Assembly (NCBI GenBank): GCA_913020725.1
Contig: CAJWCD010000088.1
Location: 1 to 15,870, forward strand
From: an uncultured Pseudomonadota bacterium
GTDB taxonomy: Bacteria > SAR324 > NAC60-12
DNA length: 15,870 bases
Direction: 5' to 3'
Shown here: positions 6,864-15,870 of the stretch, piece by piece
Layout of the letters: each line of letters opens with the position of its first letter
How positions within the stretch are numbered: the stretch's first letter is position 1
The notes under the pieces: model-generated
Seen by the model: only the letters and a program-made list of their open reading frames with translations
What the model was told of the DNA's origin: nothing
Databases searched by the model: none
Program-made: the position numbers and the translations under genes

Positions 6864-9116
6864 TTAAAATTTACGAAGGGATTGGCGGTTCAGGCGCAGC
6901 GCATTGAGCACGACGGAAACCGAACTCAGGGCCATTGCCGCCGCCGCCAACATGGGATGGAGTGCCGGGCCACCAAAGGGCACGAAAACTCCGGCGGCAA
7001 CAGGAATGCCGAGGATGTTGTAGCCAAAGGCCCAGAAAAGATTTTGGCGGATGTTGCGCAGAGTCGCCCGGCTCAAGCGAATTGCTGAAGCAACCTGCCT
7101 CAGGTCGTTGCGCATCAGCACCACTCCGGAGGATTCAGCAGCAACGTCGGTTCCGGAACCCATCGCAAAACCCACGTCCGCTTGCGCCAAGGCCGGAGCA
7201 TCGTTGATGCCGTCGCCCACCATGCCCACGCGCTTGCCGTTTTGCTGGGATTCTTCAACGATGCGGGCTTTGCCCTCGGGTAACACCCCGGAACGCACCT
7301 CTGCAATGCCCAATTCCTGAGCAACCGCATTCGCATGAACCGAGCGGTCACCGGTCACCATCATTACGGCGATTCCTTGCTCTTGAAGGGTTTGGACCGC
7401 CGAGCGGCTTTCCGGACGGATTGGATCGTTAAGGGCAAACCCTCCGGCCAATTTGCCGCCCACTGCCATCCACAGCAAAATCGCGGCTTCCGGCAATTCC
7501 GATTTCAGTTGTTCGATTCCGGAGGTATCCACTCCTTGCTCCAGCAGTGCGGCTCCGTGGCCAAGCGTGACTTGCTGCCCCTCGATTTCGGCCTCGACTC
7601 CAAACCCCGGTTTTGTTTGGAATTGTGTGCAATGCTTGGGAACGGTGCCCAACGATTCTGCATGACGGACAACCGCACGGCCCAAGGGATGCTCCGAATG
7701 CTGCTCGACTCCAGCCGCCCATGCGACCAAATCGGTAGTCTTCCATGCTGCTGCAACAACAACTTTCATCACTTCCGGATGCCCTGCGGTGAGGGTGCCA
7801 GTCTTGTCCAAAACCAGCAGGTCAAGTTGCTGGGCTGCTTCCAGAGCTTGGGCATTACGAAAGAGGATGCCGTTTCGCGCCCCAAGTCCGGTGCCCACCA
7901 GAATGGCGATGGGCGTGGCCAACCCCAACGCGCATGGGCAAGCGATCACCAGCACTGCCACCGTGTAGCCCAGCACCACTTCGGCAGGTGCCCCCGCAAG
8001 TGCCCAAGCGCCTGCAGTCAGGGCGGCGATTCCGAGCACGACTGGGACAAAGATGGCGGAAACCTGATCCGCCAGCCGGGCAATCGGCGCTTTTTGCATC
8101 TGCGCCTGCTCGACCAGCCGGACGATCCGGGAGAGAGTGGTTTCGCTACCAACACGCAGGGTTCGGATCAGCAGACTGCCGTTATGGTTGCGCGTTCCAC
8201 CCGTGACCGCATCTCCGGATTGCTTCTCCACCGGGATCGGCTCTCCAGTGAGCATGGCTTCTTCGACCGCACTGCTGCCCTCCAACACCACACCATCAAC
8301 CGGAATCGTCTCTCCGGGACGCACGCGCAGCACATCTCCGGGACGCACAAGGTCAATGGAGAGTTCCGTTTCCTGCTGGTCGTGGACGACCGTGGCTGTT
8401 TTAGGCTGGAGTTTCAGGAGGGTGCCAATCGCCTCGGAAGCGCGACTGCGACTGCGAGCTTCAAGCGTCTTGCCTAGCAAGACAAGTGCAATGATGACCC
8501 CGGCGGTCTCGAAGTAGTAGGCGCGGGGTCCGGGATTGTTTGCGAGATTCCAGACGCTGAAACCCACCGCCGCTCCAGTGCCCAGCATCACCAAGGTGTC
8601 CATCGTGGGAGCGAGGTGCAGCGCCGCAGCAAAACCTTTTGTGAAAAACAATCGTCCCGCCCACAACACCGGAAGCGTCAGCAACAGTTGCAGAATCCCG
8701 TTGGCCACGGGTTGGGAGGTCGGATTGATCGCCTCCGGAAGCGGCAACCCCAACATTGGCCCCATCGCTACGAGCAGCAACGGCAAGGCAAACACCAGCG
8801 CCACGGTCGTGTCCCGGCGCATGTTCTGGAATTCGCGCTCCAGAATTGCGCCCGGATTGGCGGCTTCCGAAGTGGCGGATTCTTCCAACCGCTCGGCTTC
8901 GTAGCCCGCCTGCCGCACAGCGTGGATCAGCGTTTCCGGAGAAGCGTGTTCCGGATCGTAGGTGACGGAGGCCCGCGCTAGGCTCAGGTTGACTTCGGCC
9001 TCCTTGACTCCGATGACCTTCTGAAATGCCGATTCTACTCCACGAACACAACCGGCACAGCGCATCCCGGTGATTGTGAGGTTGACCTGAGAGGCTTGTT
9101 CGCTTTGCACATCCAT
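6864..9116 (-). CDS. copA: Cu(I)-translocating P1B-type ATPase
   Basis: N-terminal [36 protein letters not shown], plus the YN and MALSS transmembrane ligands diagnostic of P1B-1. Confidence 0.96.
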   Translation of the reverse strand: MDVQSEQASQVNLTITGMRCAGCVRGVESAFQKVIGVKEAEVNLSLARASVTYDPEHASPETLIHAVRQAGYEAERLEESATSEAANPGAILEREFQNMRRDTTVALVFALPLLLVAMGPMLGLPLPEAINPTSQPVANGILQLLLTLPVLWAGRLFFTKGFAAALHLAPTMDTLVMLGTGAAVGFSVWNLANNPGPRAYYFETAGVIIALVLLGKTLEARSRSRASEAIGTLLKLQPKTATVVHDQQETELSIDLVRPGDVLRVRPGETIPVDGVVLEGSSAVEEAMLTGEPIPVEKQSGDAVTGGTRNHNGSLLIRTLRVGSETTLSRIVRLVEQAQMQKAPIARLADQVSAIFVPVVLGIAALTAGAWALAGAPAEVVLGYTVAVLVIACPCALGLATPIAILVGTGLGARNGILFRNAQALEAAQQLDLLVLDKTGTLTAGHPEVMKVVVAAAWKTTDLVAWAAGVEQHSEHPLGRAVVRHAESLGTVPKHCTQFQTKPGFGVEAEIEGQQVTLGHGAALLEQGVDTSGIEQLKSELPEAAILLWMAVGGKLAGGFALNDPIRPESRSAVQTLQEQGIAVMMVTGDRSVHANAVAQELGIAEVRSGVLPEGKARIVEESQQNGKRVGMVGDGINDAPALAQADVGFAMGSGTDVAAESSGVVLMRNDLRQVASAIRLSRATLRNIRQNLFWAFGYNILGIPVAAGVFVPFGGPALHPMLAAAAMALSSVSVVLNALRLNRQSLRKF

Positions 9117-9140
9117 GAGAATTCCCTTGTTGTCTTTCTT

Positions 9141-9171
9141 ATACCCTACAGGGGTATTATGAAAAACACAA
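9141..9171 (-). promoter_or_regulatory. copA promoter with overlapping CsoR-type operator
   Basis: Palindrome ATACCC-TACAG-GGGTAT (9141-9157), the TAC-C-tract/G-tract-GTA form of CsoR sites. Minus strand TTGTGT (9171-9166), 17 nt, TAGGGT (9148-9143). Confidence 0.85.
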
Positions 9172-9210
9172 GAAAAAATTCAGACTGAGAGGTGGGATGC
9201 CCTGCCTAGC

Positions 9211-10194
9211 TCACTGTGTCCAGCGATTCAGTGCCGTGAATTGCTTGGGCGGGAGATCTTTCCAAGTTTCAGTGAGGATGCGGTAGGTGCCGTCCTCGTG
9301 TTTGCGCAGGTAGAGTGCCTTGAGTCCGTAGCTGTTAAGGCGGGAGGATTCATAATCCTGCGTGAGGATGACCTCGATGTAGCCGTTGGCTTTGAGGATG
9401 CTGAGAGGGTGGATGCGGACATGCCTCCGCTTGTTGGTTTGGTTGACCCGAGTTTTGTGCTGTACCCAACGTTTGTAGTTGAAGCGGCGGGTCAGGAAAT
9501 CCTTGGAGTAGAGAGACAGATACTCATCGTTGCGTCCTGCCTCCCACGACGAACGCCAGCGTTCAAGGAAATCGAGGATGCGGTCACGCCCCGCAGCTAG
9601 TTCTGACTTAGAGAGATAGTGCACGGTCTCTTCCACCAACATGGGGGTGCGTTGCATCACCACCTGATTCCGGAGCAATAACAGATCGTCGTTGCGCACC
9701 GAAACACAACCCCGCGTGGCCACTGGCTCCTCCGCACGGGTGCCGTGCAGCCAGATGCCGTTGCCGGTCTTGCGGTAGTAGATGAAGTCGAGAAAGTTCG
9801 GATAGTCCGTCACCAACGCTCCGGAGCCGTAGAGCTTGGCCGTGGTGGTGCCGTACTGCCGTTGCAGTTGCTTGTCGTTCCAAGCACGGATAAAGCGATA
9901 GATGCCGTTGGGCGTGCGCTCGTCGCCCGCGTGCTGCTTGTCGCCGTTCTTCTTCCCAGAACTGCACGGGTATTTCGATTCGAGTTTCCAGAAATCCGCT
10001 TTCCGGTACACACTTACAGAACACTCCTCTTTGTCCACCACAAGGGCGGCATCGCCGTAACCTCCGAACATGAGCAGGTTGTCCGGAATCCCGCGTTGCG
10101 GGTTGGCATCTGCAGTGAACATCCCCCCCGCCAACAGCAAAATGGTGGCGAGGGCAGTGATTGTGCGTAGAAAATGGTCAGCCAAAAAGTTCAT
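9211..10194 (-). CDS. L,D-transpeptidase (YkuD) family protein with C-terminal NTF2-like domain (Csd6/Pgp2-like)
   Basis: Signal peptide; GDKQHAGDERTPNGIY, DYPNFLD, catalytic GIWLHG...TRGCV; C-terminal WRSSWE..DEYLSLYSKDF...QDYES...K.LY. Confidence 0.9.
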   Translation of the reverse strand: MNFLADHFLRTITALATILLLAGGMFTADANPQRGIPDNLLMFGGYGDAALVVDKEECSVSVYRKADFWKLESKYPCSSGKKNGDKQHAGDERTPNGIYRFIRAWNDKQLQRQYGTTTAKLYGSGALVTDYPNFLDFIYYRKTGNGIWLHGTRAEEPVATRGCVSVRNDDLLLLRNQVVMQRTPMLVEETVHYLSKSELAAGRDRILDFLERWRSSWEAGRNDEYLSLYSKDFLTRRFNYKRWVQHKTRVNQTNKRRHVRIHPLSILKANGYIEVILTQDYESSRLNSYGLKALYLRKHEDGTYRILTETWKDLPPKQFTALNRWTQ

Positions 10195-10323
10195 CGTGCA
10201 ATCCTAGAAAACAAGTCGATCCTCTTGATTTCTTGCAGGATGTAAACCACCCGGAACTGTGGGTTTGCACGGCTACCAGCGCTTGGGGGACTCTAGGAGG
10301 TACGGACGGGTGAGAACTTCTGA

Positions 10324-10596
10324 TTAGCGCTTGTTCAGGACTTGGACGATCTCCCGGATTTTACGCTGGGCGTTCTCGGCGTTCTGGGAATGCAGAGCAT
10401 CATGAACACAGTGCTGAAGGTGAGCTTCCAGCATGTTCGACTCTACTTTGCGGAGGGCGGCGGTGATCGCATGGATCTGGTCAATGATGTCAATGCAGTA
10501 GCGCCCTTCTTCAATCATGCGCTGGATCCCGCGCACCTGTCCCTCGATGCGACGGAGCCGGGTTTGCTGGGTGGAGTGGTCAGGATGAGGTTTCAT
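10324..10596 (-). CDS. csoR: CsoR/RcnR family metal-sensing repressor, Cu(I)-type fingerprint
   Basis: RLRRIEGQVRGIQRMIEEGRYCIDI and HLQHCV give Cys-His-Cys ligands, with Tyr before the first Cys and a C-terminal Glu. Start at ATG 10596 (90 aa); the longer ORF-track start would run through the promoter. Confidence 0.92.
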   Translation of the reverse strand: MKPHPDHSTQQTRLRRIEGQVRGIQRMIEEGRYCIDIIDQIHAITAALRKVESNMLEAHLQHCVHDALHSQNAENAQRKIREIVQVLNKR

Positions 10597-10601
10597 GAAA
10601 A

Positions 10602-10632
10602 ATACCCTATACTGGTATACTGCGAGAGTCAA
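10602..10632 (-). promoter_or_regulatory. csoR promoter with autoregulatory CsoR-type operator
   Basis: ATACCCTATACTGGTAT (10602-10618) resembles the copA site; minus strand TTGACT (10632-10627), 17 nt, TAGGGT (10609-10604), 7 nt before the ATG. Confidence 0.8.
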
Positions 10633-10650
10633 GAGGATTCGGGATTCGGA

Positions 10651-10679
10651 TTGCACACCCTCTCAAGAATCCTTATGGT
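10651..10679 (+). promoter_or_regulatory. Putative divergent sigma70 promoter
   Basis: TTGCAC (10651-10656), 17 nt, TATGGT (10674-10679). Confidence 0.5.
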
Positions 10680-10835
10680 AAGGAAGCGCGGGGGAGTAGC
10701 CCGTTGCCCCAATTTTCCCCCGCGACCACCTGTGTCCAAAACGGCAGCTTCGCCGTCAATTTCTATGAGCAAGCTACCTCTCACAACCTTTGAAATCCAC
10801 CCTGCTGGACAGCACCTCACCGCAGCAGAGCCGAG

Positions 10836-11300
10836 ATGAACGTCACGCTTCCGGAACGCTACTCCGCGCTGCTACACCACTACCGCCCGACTCTTGTGTT
10901 GGGAGCCGGGATTGCGGCGGTGTTGCTGGTGTTGGTGAGTTTGCAGGAGTGGAAACGGAACGAAATGAACGAGGCACTGGACTCCATCGAACTGCGGGAT
11001 CTGCAAGTGGGTGTTGGGCAGGGAGGGGGCGAGCAGTTTGGCACCGGAGTATTCGGAACTCTCCAGAATCACGGACAGCTTGTCATCAGCGAAGCCACCG
11101 TGCGTGTAGATTTCATCAACGATGCTGGGGAGGTTTCCAGTTCCCACAAGTTTTTCCCGGTCAATCGCTGGTCCTTTGACGATCCCCGCCGCCTTGCTCC
11201 CGGAGATGTCCGCGACTTCGGGTTTTTGCTGGACGAGGTTGCGCCGGAGGACTGGTCCGGGCAAGTGGAAGCGGAACTCATTCATCTCAACTACCAATAA
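10836..11300 (+). CDS. Membrane-anchored hypothetical protein with FxLYD/DUF3426-like beta-sandwich domain
   Basis: One N-terminal TM segment (LVLGAGIAAVLLVLVSL), then GTLQNHG...VRVDFINDAGEV...LAPGDVRDFGF; 12 nt upstream of the next gene. Confidence 0.7.
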   Translation: MNVTLPERYSALLHHYRPTLVLGAGIAAVLLVLVSLQEWKRNEMNEALDSIELRDLQVGVGQGGGEQFGTGVFGTLQNHGQLVISEATVRVDFINDAGEVSSSHKFFPVNRWSFDDPRRLAPGDVRDFGFLLDEVAPEDWSGQVEAELIHLNYQ

Positions 11301-11312
11301 CTCCGAAACACC

Positions 11313-13280
<1,968 letters not shown>

Positions 13281-13545
13281 ACTTGCGACGATTCCGGCTC
13301 CGTTTCCTCAAGCAACGATTTTCCGGATTTTGTGTTGACCTGTCCAAGCAGAAGCCGCAGACTACCGGAATTGTCAGGTCCATTGCACCTGACTGGCTGG
13401 CCAGTGTCAACGGTCGTGGCACTACGGACAATCTGCGCCGTGGGGCAAATGTGCCCGAGTTGCTAGAGAGTATCGGGTTGTTAGACAGGTTGCCCGATTT
13501 GCCGGATTGTCAGTTTAGAATGCCAGATTTATCGGTAATTATCAG

Positions 13546-14244
13546 CGCGGATTCAACTCGTAAGTGCAACAGGTGGGTTGATTCCGGAGAATAACTGATT
13601 TGGCGTCTTGAAGCCAAGACATTTCCGGGGTCGATTGTTGAGTTGTTTCATAATGCTGCGGACCTGTTCGATCGTAAGGGTCCGGAAATCGGCGCTCTTG
13701 GGCAGGTACTGGCGGATGAGTCCGTTGGTGTTCTCGTTGAGCCCACGCTCCCAAGAATGGTAGGGGTGGGCAAAGTAGCCTTGTGCGTTGAGTTCTTTGG
13801 AGATGGTCTGATGATAGGCGAACTCCTTGCCGTTGTCATAGGTGAGGGTGTGAACAAGGTCGGCATGAGGCCGCAGTGCTACGAGCAGGGCATCCGTGAC
13901 GGCCTGAGCGGACTTGTCGGGAGCCTTGGCGATGACGCTAACGTGTCTTGCGCTCTACAGCGTGAGCAAGACGGAGTCGCCCAGCTTTCCGACCACGGTG
14001 TCGGCCTCCCAGTCGCCGATGCGGGAGCGTTCCTCAACGACCTCTGCCACTCGTCGATCGAGACTTGGCCCCTGATTTGCCCCCGGCGGTCATTACTCCC
14101 GTAGCGTTTCCTGCGCTGCTTCTGGCAACGCAGGTGGGTATGGAGGTCGCCGCCACGGCGCTTGTCCGCATAGACATACTGGTAGATCCATTCGTGGCTG
14201 ACCTGTTGGCCCGGCTCCTGCGACAGCCAACCGCTGATCTGCTC
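13546..14244 (-). mobile_element. Truncated IS30-family insertion sequence (right end intact, left part missing)
   Basis: Terminal sequence ...GTTGCACTTACGAGTTGAATCCGCG with the transposase stop inside the IR, typical of the IS30 family; no left IR found in the window. Confidence 0.92.
13553..14244 (-). pseudogene. IS30-family transposase pseudogene
   Basis: EQISGWL...SHEWIYQYVY...RIGDWEADT...VERKTR...TYDNGKEF...FAHPYHSWERGLNENTNGLIRQYLPK...LNNRPRKCLGFKTP...VALTS. Frameshifts near 14048, 13959 and 13940 (TAG at 13955-13957); N-terminal HTH region absent. Confidence 0.92.
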
Positions 14245-14286
14245 CAATCTTCCGTTGATGACAGCAAGTGTTACGGGATCAATCAT
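14236..14286 (-). pseudogene. First 17 codons of a hydantoinase B/oxoprolinase-like gene, truncated
   Basis: AAGGAG RBS, ATG overlapping the upstream stop by 8 nt, MIDPVTLAVINGRLEQI resembling the DP(V/I)TLxV...L..I start of HyuB/oxoprolinase proteins; then switches to IS30 sequence. Confidence 0.7.
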
Positions 14287-15190
14287 TTTCTCCTTTAAAA
14301 TTACCAGCATCATAACCGGCACCAAGTGCCAGTATTTCACGGGTTTCTAACAATTCGTTTAAGGAATCGAAATCCAGCATTTGATCGCGAAAAGGAATGG
14401 TCGTTCCGTGTTCCTTGAGGCTGGCCAGAAAAGTTTGAGCTGTCCTTGTCAAGGCACGCACCATTCCTCCGGGGAAAATGACGATAGAGTAACCGATTTT
14501 CTGTAATTCAGATGCACTTTTTTGTGGAGTCTTACCGCCCTCAACCATATTGGCGAGAAGCGGTACACGGCCTCTGAAACGGTCAACAAGTGAGACCATC
14601 TGTCCTTCAGATTGTGGTGCTTCTATAAACAAGATGTCGGCACCAGCTTCAAAGTATTTTTCCGCCCGCTCAAGGGTACTTTCAAAACCCTCGACAGCGA
14701 TGCTGTCTGTGCGGGCAATAATGAGAGTCTCGGCACTACGTCTGGCATCAAGTGCGGCTCTAATTTTACCCACCATTTCACCTGTATCCACTAAAGTTTT
14801 ACCGGCCAGATGACCGCACCTTTTGGGCTGAGTCTGATCCTCCAACTGTATGGCCGCAGCACCAGATGATTCAAATTGACGTACAGTCCGAATCACATTC
14901 AAGGCATTGCCGAATCCAGTATCGGCATCGACAATGACTGGCAGGGTGATTCTTTCAGTAATAGCAGATAAGGTGTCTGCCACCTCACTCATACTGACTA
15001 AACCGATGTCCGGACGACCAAATCGGGTATAAGCGATAGATGCACCCGAAAGATAAGCAACCTGAAAACCTGCCTGTTGCACAAGAACTGCGCCTAGAGC
15101 ATCACTGACCCCCGGAGCAACAACAATTTTTGCTCCCGATATCAAAGTTTTTAAAGTCAAAGCCTGCGGTGCTGCTGCAGAATTGTTCAT
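14279..15190 (-). CDS. Isocitrate lyase/PEP mutase superfamily enzyme (methylisocitrate or dimethylmalate lyase-like)
   Basis: YLSGAS, IVDADTGFGNALNV, LEDQTQPKRCGH catalytic loop, IIARTD, AGADILFIEAP, LANMVEGGKTP. Confidence 0.93.
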   Translation of the reverse strand: MNNSAAAPQALTLKTLISGAKIVVAPGVSDALGAVLVQQAGFQVAYLSGASIAYTRFGRPDIGLVSMSEVADTLSAITERITLPVIVDADTGFGNALNVIRTVRQFESSGAAAIQLEDQTQPKRCGHLAGKTLVDTGEMVGKIRAALDARRSAETLIIARTDSIAVEGFESTLERAEKYFEAGADILFIEAPQSEGQMVSLVDRFRGRVPLLANMVEGGKTPQKSASELQKIGYSIVIFPGGMVRALTRTAQTFLASLKEHGTTIPFRDQMLDFDSLNELLETREILALGAGYDAGNFKGEND

Positions 15191-15198
15191 TTATTTGT

Positions 15199-15726
15199 TT
15201 ATTTTTGTATCGATTGATCCATTTGTTCCTTCTCTTTCAGCATTTTTTCAAGGTGTGGAATAAGTCCACCGTGCTTGAGGATATCAAGTAATTGAGAAGG
15301 CAGTTTTTCACAGACATAGGTTTCGTTGCGAGTCAAATTGTGGACAGTACCAATTTCAGTATTAATAGCAATTTCATCACCTTGTTGAATGCTTTTTGCT
15401 TGTGTACATACGACCGCAAGCAAACCGAAGTTTATGGCATTTCTGAAGAAAATCCCCCCATAGGATTTGGCCACCAAAGCACTCACTCCTAAATGTTTAA
15501 GTGCTTGTGAGGCCTGTTCCCTTGAAGAGCCGATGCCAAAGTTTTTTCCAGCAACCAAAACGTCTCCTGTCTTTACATTGGTCGCAAATTTCTCGTTAAT
15601 ACCCTCCAAACAGTGACTTGCCAATTCTGAAATCGACGCCTTCATGAAACGCCCAGGAGCCAGTTGATCGGTATCAATATCATCGCCAAAAACCCAAGCC
15701 TTTCCACCATTAATTTTATCCTTCAT
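15199..15726 (-). CDS. leuD: 3-isopropylmalate dehydratase small subunit-like (LeuD/DmdB/HacB family)
   Basis: [47 protein letters not shown]. Symbol is family-level; context suggests a catabolic role. Confidence 0.9.
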   Translation of the reverse strand: MKDKINGGKAWVFGDDIDTDQLAPGRFMKASISELASHCLEGINEKFATNVKTGDVLVAGKNFGIGSSREQASQALKHLGVSALVAKSYGGIFFRNAINFGLLAVVCTQAKSIQQGDEIAINTEIGTVHNLTRNETYVCEKLPSQLLDILKHGGLIPHLEKMLKEKEQMDQSIQK

Positions 15727-15869
15727 TTTCGATCTCCATTTAAAAACTTACGAGGATCCGTAATGTGTCCTACAATCGCACTTGCTGCAACAGTATAAGG
15801 CGAGCCAAGATAAACCTTTGAAGTTGGATGCCCCATTCGTCCTTTAAAGTTCCGGGCAGTTGAGGAAAT
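15723..15869 (-). CDS. leuC: 3-isopropylmalate dehydratase large subunit-like (LeuC/DmdA), C-terminal 48 aa, 5'-partial
   Basis: [48 protein letters not shown]; stop overlaps the leuD-like start (ATGA). Not in ORF track. Symbol is family-level. Confidence 0.88.
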   Translation of the reverse strand: MSSTARNFKGRMGHPTSKVYLGSPYTVAASAIVGHITDPRKFLNGDRK

Positions 15870-15870
15870 A

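Noticed and set aside
8440..8460. GCGACT short tandem repeat in copA
   Set aside because: Two to three in-frame hexamers encoding ARSRSRA in a conserved region; too short to imply phase variation.
7335..8477. 380-aa plus-strand ORF
   Set aside because: Antisense to copA; no recognisable features.
10687..10760. tRNA (GGGGAGTAGC start)
   Set aside because: No TTCGA T-loop or cloverleaf.
13283..13594. 103-aa ORF after the CoA ligase
   Set aside because: TTG start without RBS, runs into the IS end, no recognisable domain.

Overview
Gram-negative bacterial DNA in three compositionally distinct segments. (A) 1-~853 is AT-rich and holds the 3' part of a probable outer-membrane beta-barrel gene. 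(B) ~854-14244 is GC-rich. It holds a 5'-truncated beta-barrel fragment and a minus-strand GNAT/quinone-oxidoreductase/GNAT unit. Next is a co-oriented copper/sulfur cluster: csoR, an L,D-transpeptidase, copA, TauE/SafE, a His/Cys/Met-rich periplasmic protein, a persulfide dioxygenase-rhodanese fusion and two small YeeE/YedE transporters, with CsoR-type operators embedded in the csoR and copA promoters. Divergent from it are a membrane-anchored hypothetical and an acetoacetate-CoA ligase, followed by a decayed IS30-family element. (C) 14236-15870 has intermediate GC and carries a leuC-like/leuD-like/ICL-PEP mutase/hydantoinase-B-like operon whose last gene is cut after 17 codons and fused in frame to the IS30 transposase through a 9-bp microhomology. 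Most notable: an exact 31-bp IS30 end sits alone inside the sulfur operon 9.4 kb from the element; a Cu-type CsoR appears to control a cst-like persulfide module; and both segment junctions cut genes (real rearrangement or chimeric assembly). All family calls come from motif recognition by eye; no searches were run.
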